Below are positions 26,351-39,897 of a stretch of DNA of 64,000 nt, piece after piece (positions within the stretch are counted from its first letter, which is position 1; every line of letters begins with the position of its first letter). A program made the position numbers and the translations under genes. Source of the DNA: Owenia fusiformis (taxonomy: Eukaryota); the NCBI GenBank assembly GCA_903813345.2, contig CAIIXF020000001.1:15996001-16060000 (forward strand), given 5' to 3'. Under the pieces are notes generated by a model. That model was not told the DNA's origin. It searched no databases and worked only from the letters and a program-made list of their open reading frames with translations.

Positions 26351-27184
26351 ATATGATGCTGTCATGCTTGGTGTATTCAGTACAGCACATCCTAACATTA
26401 TAATACAAGCAACTGGAGAGGTATATATTTCAATAAAATTCAATAATATTTATCCAACGCTATATGATATTACAGTGTATCACTGCTAAGTTTAAGATGA
26501 TATATCCTGATGGATTTATAACTTCACCTTGGTTGGTTATTAGGAAAACTAATCCAGCGTTGAATGTCACGAAAAATGAAACCTCTTAATCTTATAAAGA
26601 ATTCTATGCTGTAAGCTCACAAGTAAAAATTGTTATTGCAAAGATATTCATTTTGGATTAAATCGTTAAGAAGCTAGTGTCGGCAAACTTTGACTGATTG
26701 AATAGTCTCTGAACAAAAACTGGACTGGATTAAGTTTTACGATTATGCAATATTTACAGCCTAAATAGTAATCTCAGGTTACAAAAAGAAAATCTATAAT
26801 CCCATAGAAGGCTCTATGTCATCGTTGAGTCTGTAAAAATTGTTATTCCAGTTCGATATTTGATTATTTCATTCTCTGACATATTAGTAGAGGTATTAGT
26901 TTAAGCTAAATGATCAAACCAACAATAGATTTAACCGATTTAATGCCCAATGTATTTCATATATAATACCATCCAATTTTATGGATGAAAAACAAAATGG
27001 GGTATGGGCCAGGCCAAGTTTCATTCACCATAAAGGAGCTTATCAACAATAAGTGCTTCCTGTGTTTTCATTATGGCATTTCATTATTGGGTTTACTGAG
27101 TGCCATTTGTAAGCCCCATGTTCGTACTGAACATCTCTCAATGTGAACACTTTCTCGGTCCCAATTTTGCGATCTCCCAAAGAC

Positions 27185-27426
27185 CAGGGGTGGATCAGTG
27201 AACCAACAAGGGGGGGGGGGGGCAAATTTCAGGTCAGAGAAAAAAACTTCTGAAAAATATTTTTGGCCCCTAAAATGCAAAAGTGGGTCCAAATTTTTAA
27301 ATTTTGAGGCCTATTTTCTTGAAAATGTGGCCTGAAATTAAAAAATAAGGCCCAATAATGACCAAAAAGGCCCACTTTTTTGGGCCTTTTTCCACCCAAG
27401 GGGAGGGCCCCCCAGATCTGCCAGTG
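27185..27426. mobile_element. MITE with 5-bp TSD
   Basis: Imperfect TIR CAGGGGTGGATC / GATCTGCCAGTG; AAGAC duplicated at 27180-27184 and 27427-27431. Confidence 0.7.
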
Positions 27427-27800
27427 AAGACTTACATATTACTATTACATAAACCTTGAAATGAGAACATCTGCTAATTAAAACACTTTTAGTTGACCCC
27501 AATGGTGTTCAGGCTAGACAGGTTTTACTGTACTACATTTTTAGATTATAAACTAGGTGTATGATAATAAAAAATGAAAATAATTTTCAAAATTTGTAGG
27601 CTTAATGTTCATTTTGATATCAATGGAACATCCTTTTGCCTTTGTCATTTGACCAACCTATAGAGTTCCAAATCAAAACTAAGCAATTGCTCTCCATATC
27701 CACATATCTTACACCCCTCAGACTTTGCCATTATGCTCAACTTAAGTTAAAAATAACTTCGAAAATAGTAAAATTAAAGTTAATTAGACAATTAACTTAC

Positions 27801-27937
27801 CTTTAACGATGAGCTGGCTTCCACCGAAGGGGAACGTATCGACGATGAGAGGTAAAGGAGTGTTGGAAGACTGTAGGTACACATTCACCGCGTCAAGATT
27901 AATTTTACGTTTCTCAAATATCGGCACCAGGGCATCC
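27801..27937 (-). CDS. PLEKHG5: PLEKHG5-like exon, second half of the RBD-like domain (137 nt, phase 2 to 1): (R)DALVPIFEKRKINLDAVNVYLQSSNTPLPLIVDTFPFGGSQLIVK
   Basis: Acceptor ttttttcag and donor G|GTAAGT; closely resembles the remembered human PLEKHG5 segment [45 protein letters not shown]. Confidence 0.9.
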
Positions 27938-28402
27938 CTGAAAAAATTCAAACTTGTTTACAAGTTTAATATGAGGTTTTTATGAAATAAATGCCACAAG
28001 GCTGCCCTTGGAAGTTAAATGGCACATTTTATCAGTCTCTGTCAGTTAAAATTCCAGATATAATTCTCAGGTTAAAGAGTGCTGTGTATTTTGAGAGAAA
28101 TTCAAACCTGTTGTTTTGATAGATGGCTCCCAGGGTTTGGATGCAATGCATATTTAACTACAAGATTTGGTATTGGGTTAACATGGGCTTCCTGTTGGTA
28201 TGATATGCTAACTGTTCAATGGTAATAATTCAAATACCTGTACTCTGTTTGTATGCATGTTATAGCTGGGATTGATGGAGTGCATCTTTAGGGGGGGGGG
28301 ACACGACTGTGCACAATCTGAGCCTTGTGAAATGACAATGGTTAGATAACCTCATGAATGTAAAAATGTTAGTCCTCAAATACAGATAACCCTGTTTGGA
28401 CA

Positions 28403-28596
28403 CAGGCCCATAGCTAAGGGGGTGTAAGCGAATCCCCAACCCCTCCCCATGGTCAAAATTCTTTCAAAATCATACAGTTTTTCACTATTCTGAGCACTTT
28501 TCAAGTGATTTTGGGCCGAAATGTTCAAATGTGAACCCCCTGGAATTTAAAAAAAATTGAACCCCCCCCCCTTGGCAAAAGCTGGATATGAGCCTG
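28403..28596. mobile_element. MITE with CAG...CTG termini and 5-bp TSD
   Basis: TIR CAGGCCCATAGCTA / TGGATATGAGCCTG; GGACA duplicated at 28398-28402 and 28597-28601. Confidence 0.8.
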
Positions 28597-29253
28597 GGAC
28601 AGAACCACACGATCAATGATACTAATTTTATGTATATTATGACCTTATGTATATCAAACTTAAAGGAGGCAAGAGAAACAATAACTTAACTTGGGTCGAT
28701 ATCTAATTTGGATGTGCCAAGTTGAGTTAGCATGTAATATCACACAGGTATACATCTAAAATGTGTGGTAAAAAAGTTATATATACCTTCAAGGTTATAA
28801 CTATCTGATATCTTTAAAGGGCAATATTTTGGAAATAGTAATTAAGCAATTGACCAATACATAAACAGAAATGAGTTGTTTTATTCCAAATGGAATACTT
28901 TTCCTTTTGCTTTTTTGATTCTCTTTTGAATTTCTTGAAGATGTATAGTTAAAATATGAATGAAATTGTCCAGTGTTGAAAATATAATGTAGTACGCATT
29001 TTTATTGAATGGGCCGAAGATGCAATTCCGTTGAATCATAAGAAAGTTCCCAACGAGAAGGGTCTATAAGATGGAGTGCAATGATGTTAATGTAAAATTT
29101 CTAACTCATCACATACTGTTAAACAGTGCACTGTATGTAATATGGATCAAGATGAACACATCATGTGCATTCAAAACCTCATATCAAAAATTTGACATCA
29201 ATAAAAATCTGTCTGGGTTATGGATTGCTTAAAAATTAATAAAATCAACTCAC

Positions 29254-29348
29254 CTCAAAGTGACTCCTTCTTTAGCATTAACCAGCTCAAGTTCTGCCTG
29301 GTCCCATAGTTCCATTCGCACGGTGAAACAGTCTTTGCCAATATTGTT
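29254..29348 (-). CDS. PLEKHG5: PLEKHG5-like exon, first half of the RBD-like domain (95 nt, phase 0 to 2): NNIGKDCFTVRMELWDQAELELVNAKEGVTL(R)
   Basis: Acceptor gtgttatag and donor AG|GTGAGT; resembles the remembered human [31 protein letters not shown]. Confidence 0.88.
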
Positions 29349-31380
29349 CTATAACACACATACCAATGAATTACTATTATGCAATTGAATTCAATTTACA
29401 ACAAGGTAAACTTGAATCTGTTTTGCCAAATGGCCTGCAGTGTATTGGATACCTGGAGTGAATGTGACGGTGTTGATTCAAGGTTTTTATTCCTTGCCAA
29501 AGGGCACTCTGTATGGTTCCAAGTTGTCTTAATCCGCACTTTGGACTGCGGTATATTCAAGATCACATACACAAGAACTTTTGTTGGGTCTTTAAACTGG
29601 ACTCGTTTACTAATCCGAAGATTATGCTTAAGCCATAGAGGCCTAATATAGCCTATCAAATCTTAAAGCATGTATATAATGCATTGTGTTTTGCAAAGAA
29701 TTAAGCCCTAGATCAGTTTAGTGGGGTTTAACAATGTTTATTTAAGCTTGAATACTTATTAAGAAAAGCTTCTTTATGGAGTTCGCAACTTATGAAATAC
29801 AAGCCATCTTGTAGATACAGTACATGGTAAAGCCAAGACTACATTTTATACTACTATTGAACTGTCATGCCATCTATAAATAGGAATGAAGTTATTTGAG
29901 GCTAATTGCCACTGATCAGTTGTTTTTCTAAATGAAACAATATTATAGACACTCATACGAAAAGGATAGGCAAAATATGATATTAATTTCATCAAAGATA
30001 CAGAGTATTAAGAATTTTATGTATATTTGCCAATGAGAGATATATGAGAATTATGACAGATTTTCTTGAAATATCAAAGTTCTATTTTCGATAAAGTCAA
30101 TACACAAGTGGTATCATTAAAAACTAAAAAATAATTTTGCATACTAGTTGGCTGACAAAGTCACCAATAACATGGATATAATTGAATCAACCATAGGTGT
30201 GAATCAAGCTGAAAACTCAGAGAAAATAGCAGAACGTTTATTAATCAGTTCGTATTAACAAATTCATCTACAAAGCTGTCTGAGCTTTCACCGTTATTCA
30301 TGCCAATAGGGTGGCAGCAGGTTTGGTTAATTCTGGTTTGTACCATTTGTTTGTTCCATTTTCTCAACTGGCAGATACTCTGTTGCGTTTCTGATCAGTT
30401 CTATGGCATATAAGGAATAATACGATTATAAAGATTTGATGGCAGACAAGGATAACACGAGTTTGTGTGTTTGTCAATATAGTCAGATAATACAAAATAT
30501 CGCTATAATCCAATATGGCTGTAGATGTCACTTCTCAATAACCTTACAATAAATAATAGATTGCATTTATATTATGTATAGTCTATGGCCAAGCAAACTT
30601 AATCAATTGCATTTATCCGAAAGAATATAATATCTTGCAATTGGCTTATTCATAAAAACATTTTTTCACATAAAATATTTATTTGATATTGTTAGTATGA
30701 AAGGTACACCCATCTAGTCTAACATCCTCTAAGACCTTTTCCCTTTTCAAGAATTGATAACCTTAGTATTAATACTACTGTTACTGCCCCCATCAATTCT
30801 AGAGATGAAATATACATGCATCTACAAGAAAATGGTTAAATGATCTGAATTGTGTGGATATTCTTATCTAAAAGATGAAAATGTATTTTTAATGACCTTT
30901 ACACAGTTTCATAATAAATGTCACATTTTCAAAGGAATGGAAAATCAAAATTACAATGTGACGTTAAAGTCACATCATAAATAACAATTTATTTTTAGCA
31001 GATACATAAAAAGATATTTGAATCGTGTATAATGTCACCATCTCCAATGTTAATATCACCTGGAAGATCATGCGGTAGTCATGCAAATCATAATTTGTTG
31101 CATTCCAACAGTTGCTTCCTATCAGAATGTCAAAACTTGTTGAAATAATGAGTCATTCATCAAATCTGTTAATACCAAATTTCTACATGCTTCAAAGCTC
31201 TTAATACAACTTAAACTTAATGATAGTAAATTAAGCTCAAAGCATTACTTTTCAAATTCAAATCAAACAAGTTTGAAATATGACATGTTACCATAGTAAC
31301 ACTTTTCATCATAGTCAAATATAACCATGGTTACACATTATGTTTGCGTATTGAATATTGAATCATACCAATCATGTTAA

Positions 31381-31617
31381 CCTCTTGACTACCTGGAGTG
31401 ACAAGATTTCTTGTCACCTCAGAAATAACCTTGAAACCCAGAGTGACGATTGCTCTTATTTGAAAAGTCTTCATCTAATTTACACAGAAATTGTTTTAAA
31501 ATGTGTAGAAATTATCTCTGCATTCTAATGGTATATGTATGTAGTAAAATGTCAAAGTGTGTCAAAAATGAAAAATTCTCTGGTTTCAAAAGATTTTAGA
31601 GCCTGGGATTCAAGAGG
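31381..31617. mobile_element. piggyBac-like MITE with TTAA TSD, inserted in a degenerate ~20-bp satellite
   Basis: TTAA|CCTCTTGA ... TCAAGAGG|TTAA; flanked on both sides by aacatgtaaccatggt-like units (about 31280-31740). Confidence 0.75.
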
Positions 31618-31856
31618 TTAACATAGCCAAACGGGTAACAAATGTAACAGGTAAATATGTAATGAGTAAAACATGTAACCATTGTCAAATATGCAACCAT
31701 AGATTAACATGCAAAATAGTCAAACATGTGACCATGGTTATGATTAAATTCAGCTGGCATTGATAAAATCTGGAACATCAAAGCAAGGTTGTTTGATGCC
31801 ATGTAAAAATCCAAATGTTTCATGTCAGGGAACTACTACCTGTAATGTATATTATA

Positions 31857-32093
31857 GGGTAAATAGCAAAACTTGATACAGGAAACAACTAACTTATGTA
31901 CAGGGCCATAAATATTATTTTCCTGATGGCTCTACTATCTATGTATATTAAAATTGAAATGAAAAATATATGAAAATTTGTATGAAATCAATGTACAATT
32001 GTACTGCATTTTCTGATGTTATTGATGGCTTGTTAAAATTAGGCTTTCAAAAATTGAGGATGTATAACATGTTTCAAGTTTTGCTATTTTCCC
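31857..32093. mobile_element. MITE with GGG termini (PIF/Harbinger-like, tentative)
   Basis: TIR GGGTAAATAGCAAAACTTGA / TCAAGTTTTGCTATTTTCCC with TA flanks. Confidence 0.7.
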
Positions 32094-32240
32094 TAAATCA
32101 CCTAAGTTTCCTCACTATCCTTGAAGACTGAACACCAACCACCAAACTTGCCTAGCAATTAACATGCTATCAGGAAAAGCTACAAATCTAAATATCATTA
32201 TTATAGAACCCAACAAGTTATAAATTTAGTATGCATGAAC

Positions 32241-32441
32241 CTGCGAAAGTTTGAATGAAGATGATGAGGTGGACGGAGGGGGTGAACTAGCATCAAAGGT
32301 CGTCGCCACTGACACACGACGTTGTTTTCTCGTCTCTTTAGGAGGTTGCTCATCCCTCGAGGGGTTAGCCATATTATACAATAGCTCCCCCACGCTTAGT
32401 CTCCTTCGTATCGGGTGCTGAGGTGGCTTGTTGGGCCCTTC
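32241..32441 (-). CDS. Candidate symmetric cassette exon (201 nt, phase 0 to 0): EGPNKPPQHPIRRRLSVGELL...RKQRRVSVATTFDASSPPPSTSSSSFKLSQ
   Basis: GC-richer island with a 67-codon open frame, acceptor ttctactag and weak donor CAG|GTTCAT; lies between two exons joined in phase 0. Confidence 0.6.
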
Positions 32442-33788
32442 CTAGTAGAATATACATATGGGAGGTAATAAATACAAAATAAAATAAAAATGTCAACAAA
32501 AGTTAAATCAACTTGATACCTAAACCATAATGTCGAAATCAATATTTACAAATAAAGATGACGTGTGGTATTTTACTGTGAATCATAAAATGTTTCCAAA
32601 AATGTGTTGATTTTAGAATTGTGCACTAGTAAATCAGAATAAAGCAGATAAAGTTAATAGAAGTGAATTATTTGTGATGCTTTCCATTTTAGTAGAATTA
32701 TTTATTATATTAATCATTAATTTTATTGCTGTTCTATATTTAGGGAGGTCATGAAGTGCATACAAATAGCTATAAATTAGCAACATCCAAAGCGCATCAG
32801 ATCATTGCCATTAGGGATATTGCTCTTCAAAATAAATGACAAAAATCAAGAAACTATAAAAAGGAATTTGAAGCAATTGAGAAATTTATGTAGACCCCAA
32901 AGATTTGGTAATTTGAGTAAACCCCTAGTTTTTGTTAATGTACGTCATAATATACAAAATACAGTACATGTACAAGCTTGTAAGTTTTACGATATACTTA
33001 ATACAGTCCCATATCATAAATAAAATTTCGTTTTTGGTCAAAAACAAGCGTTTTGGTCCATTACTTCTACTCATATGCTTAAATCACATCCTATACATAA
33101 TAATATAATAAAAATGCCTCATCTGGATTTTATGTGAATTATCATCTATAAATTAATTCTAGATCTATACGCTTACACATCAATGTTACAGAACCTTAAC
33201 TCGATAATCAAGAAAGGTTGATTCTCCTCGAATAACACACTGAGTAAGTCTAAGCGATGGATTCTTGTACAATTACTTCTACACAGACAATCTGAGTTAC
33301 TAGCAGCGTGACTTATTAGCAGAATCTGTTTCCGTTTAAACTATTTTTTGCTGAGTTTGCTAATTATGTAGCAGGGATGTCACAGGCAATCACCAGGTAC
33401 AACTACTCAGTAGTTATTACGAGGATATTCATTTAGTCTTGATTATAACAAATTTGAAGTAGGTCGTAGGGAGTTAATCAAGTATAATTAAGGTACCTCT
33501 CGTAATATTTAAAAGGTGGATGTCATGTTTCGAGCTAAAACGAGAAATAATGGAGAAAAGTAAAGCAATATTGAATGGACATCTATACATTGTAGATGAT
33601 AGCTCTTACACATTTTTGATGTCTCCTATAATTCCATTAGCTCATGCATATGGATACTCCAGACTATCAAAGTGAGACGTCCCATGTAAGACTTATATCT
33701 GAATACACGTGTAAGACTACAAATGTGAGACTACACAGAGTAACCACGTAAAGACATAAAACACATATCCGTAGAGTTAAGTACTTAC

Positions 33789-33909
33789 ATCAGTGTGGTA
33801 TCTCCTATCAGTTCGTTCTCTTTTGATCACTTTTTTCCTTTTGATTTTAGCAGCTTTGTTTTTGGAGTAGGATTCCCTTGATGGTGATGAAAAAAGATCG
33901 GGAGCATCT
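33789..33909 (-). CDS. PLEKHG5: PLEKHG5-like exon (121 nt, phase 2 to 0): (Q)DAPDLFSSPSRESYSKNKAAKIKRKKVIKRERTDRRYHTD
   Basis: Acceptor ttttctctcttctattacag and donor GTAAGT; the basic end resembles the remembered human KLSKKKARRRHTD. Confidence 0.88.
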
Positions 33910-36386
33910 CTGTAATAGAAGAGAGAAAATGTTCAGTACAAGTGAGAGTGAATAAAACGTGATCCAGGGAAGCTATAGTTGTTGCCCATGGACAATGTGA
34001 TAACTGAGATATTACTCGTCTGTTTAATAAAGCTTTTATTGAAATGGGTTATTTATCACAGTGGGATTGGAGTCTGTCCACTTTCAAACCCCAATTTGTC
34101 ATGCTATAATCACAGTCTGACATCAGGCCCCTGCAATCACTCTCCCCATCTTAGTGATAGAGATAGAGAATGAGGAGGGGGCAGAGGGCCCGATTGCAAA
34201 ACTAAAATTTTATTATCTGCACACAGGTATAATCATATTATTGTATTATACTATACTCACTAACAATTTCAGTTTTCCATCATGAGAATTTGAAATTTTT
34301 GAAACTCAATGATGTCATAAAATTATAAGTTATCCAAATCTTTAAAATATCAGAAGTCCATTTTTAAACTTCTTTTAGTGTTCTTTAGTTTCAAGTTCAA
34401 TATACCTGAACTATTATCTCTAGCTTGTTGCAAAAAGTCAATTTGAAGTCTGATCAAAATGCTAGGACTATTTGGGCTAACATGAACAGCATACATGTAC
34501 AGAACAGAACTTGTTAGATGAAGGCTATATCTTTTCTCCTGTTTTCATTTTTTGCACCAAACTTTTACAATATGTTTATACCATTTATATTGAACTCTAT
34601 TCTAAGTCCTGATCAAAATGCTAGGACTTGGGCAGAACAAAACTTGTTAGATGTGGACCATATATACGATATATGTTTTCATTTTCTGTACCAACCCCTT
34701 TTACAATATTTCTAAACCACAGTCTAAGTAGATTTTGAACTGAGTAAAAATATCCACAATGCATGAAAAAGTACAATATGCCAAAAATCTCAAAAGTAAA
34801 ACATATGACATTTCTTTCATTAATATTTTATTCTGACACATATGAAATGCATTAGGATTTAGATTGATGAGTCTCACAAACTCAAACACCTTTTTCATCT
34901 TCATAAGCCATACTCAAAAAGAACACATTTCATCCCTTGAAACACATTTTGAGTATTTTACTAAATAAGTCCTAGATATCTCTCCTAATAAGGACATACA
35001 GCAGATTTGGCAATTCTATAGCATTGTCACCTCGCATGTGTATTATTTAAATCATTTACCTTGAGGTAGGAAGGATGAATCGTTTAACAAGATCATATAT
35101 GAAAGAATATTTCAAGATGGATCATTTGATTAATAAGATGAAATCCCAGGATATATGGACACTTTATCATAGTGACTCCAAACTGAAATTTTCACCAACA
35201 ACCAATGAATCAAGGCCATGAATCAAATGAAATTGAATTTTGGAATCAACAACCACAGAGTCTGGATTGTGGGGGTGTTATTGCTATTTTGCTATACACG
35301 GTATGCACTCATATATAATACAGTACATATAATAATGAAATCAAATGCCAGAAAGTTATTTAAAATTCTCAATTCTCAACAAGGCATTAACATGCAAAGT
35401 GTCACCACCTGCCATTTGTTACAGTGGTTGAGTATTAAAAGGTTAGGACCCTCAATTTCCAATGACTGCTTAGATTCGTGCATTATTCATTGACTTTCTG
35501 AGCAGACAGTTTGATGCTAAGATTTACACTGATCTACTTGGTAAAATTTAGAGTTATTTTGACCCATAGTTCAATCAAATTATGCAAGCTAAATCAATTA
35601 GGGAGAAATAGCTTTCAACATATGTCAATACGATATTTCCTCTACCATGGATATTTTATACTCCTGCCAGGCATTTTGTTATATTTACTCTGTAAAGTAC
35701 ATTGTGGCATTCAGAGCTTCCTCTCTTACTTCAAAAGTAGCTAAGGGAGGGTTTGATAAATGACAAATTGTAAGTAGCTCTCTCAACAATTTTAAACATT
35801 TACATAAACGATCATAAACCCAAGCAAAATGTGTATTTTCTATTAATCTGTGTATATTACTAATTGAAAATCAACTTTAAATGTCTTGGTGATATAAACA
35901 GGTACACAAAGTGTAGAGTTTCTAAATACAAAGTTTAAAATTTATCTTAACACAATTGTGATGGTTTATGGGGGTTTGAATTGTTCAGATTTGTTTCACG
36001 TTTTCCCATTATTGCTGTTAAGCCTGAACATAGCCCTCTGTTATTATCTCTTAGCACCTTGAATATATCTTCGAATCACGATAGTTAACCATTAAAAACA
36101 TGTCCCTCTCCAAGAACGGCTGAATGTTCCGAGAGTGTAACTCATATTGATGATGTTGAATATAAAAATCTCCATGGCAACTTATAGGATTTCAGAACTT
36201 TTATTTGACAATAGGATGACTGGGTTACATCAAGCAAACTTAATAAGTCCATGGGCAGTACCAGGAGTGTTATTAATTGGATGCAAAATATTCGCTCTGA
36301 CTCGTCTACACTCCCAACAAAAAATTGTTTAGTAAATGGAAGTACCTTTTTTGACAAATTCAAGCCTATTTATGTTATGGTGATAT

Positions 36387-36499
36387 TAGTCTAGCTACAA
36401 GCAACTGTGACCCCCCTCCCACTACTTAACTACATACCTTATCATAGGTATGTAGGTGTATAGTGGGGTAGAGGCTCATACGGGCTTGTAGCTAGACTA
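36387..36499. mobile_element. Small MITE with TAG termini (Academ-like, tentative)
   Basis: Perfect 16-bp TIR TAGTCTAGCTACAAGC / GCTTGTAGCTAGACTA. Confidence 0.65.
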
Positions 36500-37857
36500 T
36501 CACACTACTATACCTAACACCTAGAAATGCATAAGACACTTTGTTTGTCTAATTGAATTGTTTAATATATTTTTGAAAGTGCCTTACTAGCATCTAACTT
36601 TCAACCGATAAACCATTCATAAGGAACAGACAAATAAAAACAAATACATAATCATTACTAATAAGCCAAATTGGTTGCTCATGAACACCAAATGCAAGGT
36701 ATAGTAGAGTGACTATGGTGATATTAACAAATTCATCTTTGTATTTACAAAACAAAATTTCAATTAAAAAATACACAGGCTTTTTCATGGGGTTTCAGTT
36801 GCCAAACTGTATTGAGGGGTGCATTTACATCAATACATCTGAAATACTTGTTCTGAATATTACAGAATAAAAAGGCTAAAAAAGCAGCTGACACTAATTT
36901 TTTCCAGAGAGCCAAGATATCGTGTTCAGAACAGAAGATATTGGAATTGAAGGTTTTATTTCTAGTTTTCAGGCAACATTGAGAAAAGAGGATAAACAAT
37001 TCAAATGATTTCAATTTGAAATTAGATAATGCACAACACATTTCCTATATATATCAAGAAGGGGAAATATATTAATGACATCTGGAAAGGTAAAAGAAGG
37101 CTATGCATAAAGACTAATATTCTGATATAAACCAAATTGTTTTTTTTTATGGCTATACATTTGGAAAGGAATGAATTCAAATAGAGAACAAATGTAATAA
37201 ACCCAATTTTTTTACCTTGTATGACCATCAAAACGAAAACAAAAACATCGTTAAAATAAAATAGGTGACCACCAGAGCAGTGACTGAGCAATAGCATATC
37301 ACAAATTGCAATGCACTCACAAAATTATTGAACCATATTTTAATCATTAATATTCAAAAATTCAACCACTTATATTTAATCTCACATGTACTAAATCTGA
37401 CCACTACTTTATCAAGAAAATGAAAGCATAAACAAAAAGGAAGCACTCGGTGCCACCAAAACTAAAGATGGAATCAAAGATATAGCAGCTGTAGCTATAG
37501 AGTATTTTAGTGCATCAATTCTATTGGTATATGGTCATCTGTGCAGAAATACTATCTGTGCATTAGGTCTCATAATGAACTGAGCAGTGCCAATATTGGT
37601 AAAAGAGTGATATTATCACTGTGCATTATGGGTTTATAAAGAACTGGATAATACCATTTTTTATTTATAGTAGTGTTAGTATACTTGAATTGCAATAAAG
37701 AACCCTGTATCATTGAATTTAAAGACATTCATGCATATACTCAGGCTCCACCCCTGTGCATTATGTGTACAGGTTAGTGCATGCATTCATGCTTTTAAAT
37801 TTCTAATTAAGAATGATACAGGATTCATATTCCTTTAACAAATAAAACTTCTCTTAC

Positions 37858-38107
37858 TGTTTGACTGTGAATTCCTGCTCTACAGGCCCAGTTTGTTCAG
37901 AGGCATCTTTCTCAGGTACTATCTGTTCGTGTTGTTCATCCTTTGGCTCATCACCTCCATTAGGAACACCTTCTGTATCTTCAGCACATCCATCCGTGCC
38001 ATCATCTTCTATTACATTTTCATTCTCATCTTCATTTTCATTTTCACTGGTTGCCTGGTCAGGCAATGATCTTGAAGATACTTTCCTACCATAGCCATTC
38101 GCAAAAG
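37858..38107 (-). CDS. PLEKHG5: PLEKHG5-like exon (250 nt, phase 1 to 2): (A)FANGYGRKVSSRSLPDQATSENENEDENE...EQEFTVK(Q)
   Basis: Acceptor ctgaattgcag and donor CA|GTAAGA; RKVSSRSLP plus an acidic stretch parallels the remembered human RNVSTRSCPP...EEEEEE. Confidence 0.85.
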
Positions 38108-39809
38108 CTGCAATTCAGAAATCACCAATTTTAGAAAAAATTGACTTAAATGCATAGATGTAACGGAATGTTTTCCATTGTTGTTAAAAGGGATTTAGAA
38201 GAAATCTGTTGGAAGAATCTTTAAAAAAGGATGATAATGTTTCCCTTAACTGAAAAAATCTTGTCAAATATTAAGAGAAACTAATTTCATTTGAATTCAT
38301 TAGAATTGAAAAAGGAGACTAACCCTTTTTCCAGATTAGCTTAAAATTCAAAGGATAATCCTGAAATGAAGTCAGAAATGTTTGACTTTTTAGAACACTA
38401 AGACATGACATGATGAGTGTAAACATTATTTTCAAATTGTGACAATTTTCTGAAACTTACTCTCAATTCTACTCCCTTCAACAAATGTTAAACATTTTAA
38501 TTACAAATTCAGGCCGATTGTGTCCATGAAGGACCAACGTAAGGTAATGGTAACATAATCAAATACAGTATATACAATACCTCTATTGTATTCAATGCTA
38601 ACATGTAAACATGGTAAACATACCTCTCAAACCTCTCAGAGTCTACATATGTTTCTACCTTTCAAAAGAAAACAAAATCTGGAATTTTATCTTCCTTTCA
38701 ATCCAATAATCCAAGACTATAGATAAGTTTTTGCTTTTCAAGGCCAACACATGATTGGAATTTTATCTTGATTGAGCTATTTCTGGCATACTTCAGCTAA
38801 ACTGAGATACAGTTGGGACCAAAGAACCTGATATCCTACTACTCACTACAGAAATTACTCCAGTAATAGGTGTTGTACATGATTTTTCCTGTATAGGAAA
38901 ACACATCATTGGCAGTTAACTCTATTGAATGTGTAATTATTCTTGAAGGTAGTGAATACAGAATGAGGTACTCTGAATATTTTTTATTTCAGTTTCCCAG
39001 TTTATATTTACCCTTGTATCACAAAGCCTGAAATAATCATGACACGTAGTAAATACATGTACTTATGTACTAAAAATTCTCTTTTAAAAATGCAAAATCA
39101 ATATCTTGAAAAAGAGTCAAAATAATGTAATCTGACTTTTGCAAGAATATTACAAGGCATTAACATGGAAAAATCATCACCTACCATTTGTTACAGAATA
39201 CTGAACACAGACTGCAAAACACCAACCACCAAAAACCATCAACAAAAAATGGAAACTAACAATTTGTCATCACTTGTTGTGGTGACATAACAACTGATTA
39301 TGATGTATAACTCTGCTTAATTGCTACAACTGCCATTTGAAAAACATCTCAATTCAATACTGATTGAAAGCTCATAACATCACTTTATAGTCACTATGGA
39401 AAACAAAAGGGTGAGATTAGATTACGAGAAGCTGTTTTCTAAAATTCTGTCAATTACATCACATTGATCTATATACCTAGGATGAAGAAAAGACGCATAA
39501 CAAAATTAGCTGAGATTTCCTGCTGCATCCTAATCTGATCTTAGGGACAATCACAGGCTAGTTGAGTGTATACTAAATATTATCTATCATCCAAAAAACA
39601 GAATTTCTTCTATCAATATGTCCGCATTACAATTTCATCTGTAACTCATAGATTGCCAGTCAAAATTCTGAATATTGTCATACTTATTACAGAAAACCCC
39701 AAATAGCAAAAACAGACAGATTTTTTATATTATAATTTCATCCATGACTCTTACAGATTACAAGTCAAGATTTTAAAGATTGTCATAGCGACCTATTCGT
39801 ATCACTCAC

Positions 39810-39897
39810 CTAAATCATAGTGCTTCATATGTCCAGCAAAATGTCCAAGATTAAAGTGTTTATACACGTATTTGTTTTTTATCCTATCCGCCGCCAT
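39810..39897 (-). CDS. Candidate alternative first coding exon (MAADRIKNKYVYKHFNLGHFAGHMKHYDL, phase 1)
   Basis: Strong start context AACATGG, 29 codons + 1 nt, and consensus donor AG|GTGAGT in the phase required by the exon at 38107. Confidence 0.6.
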
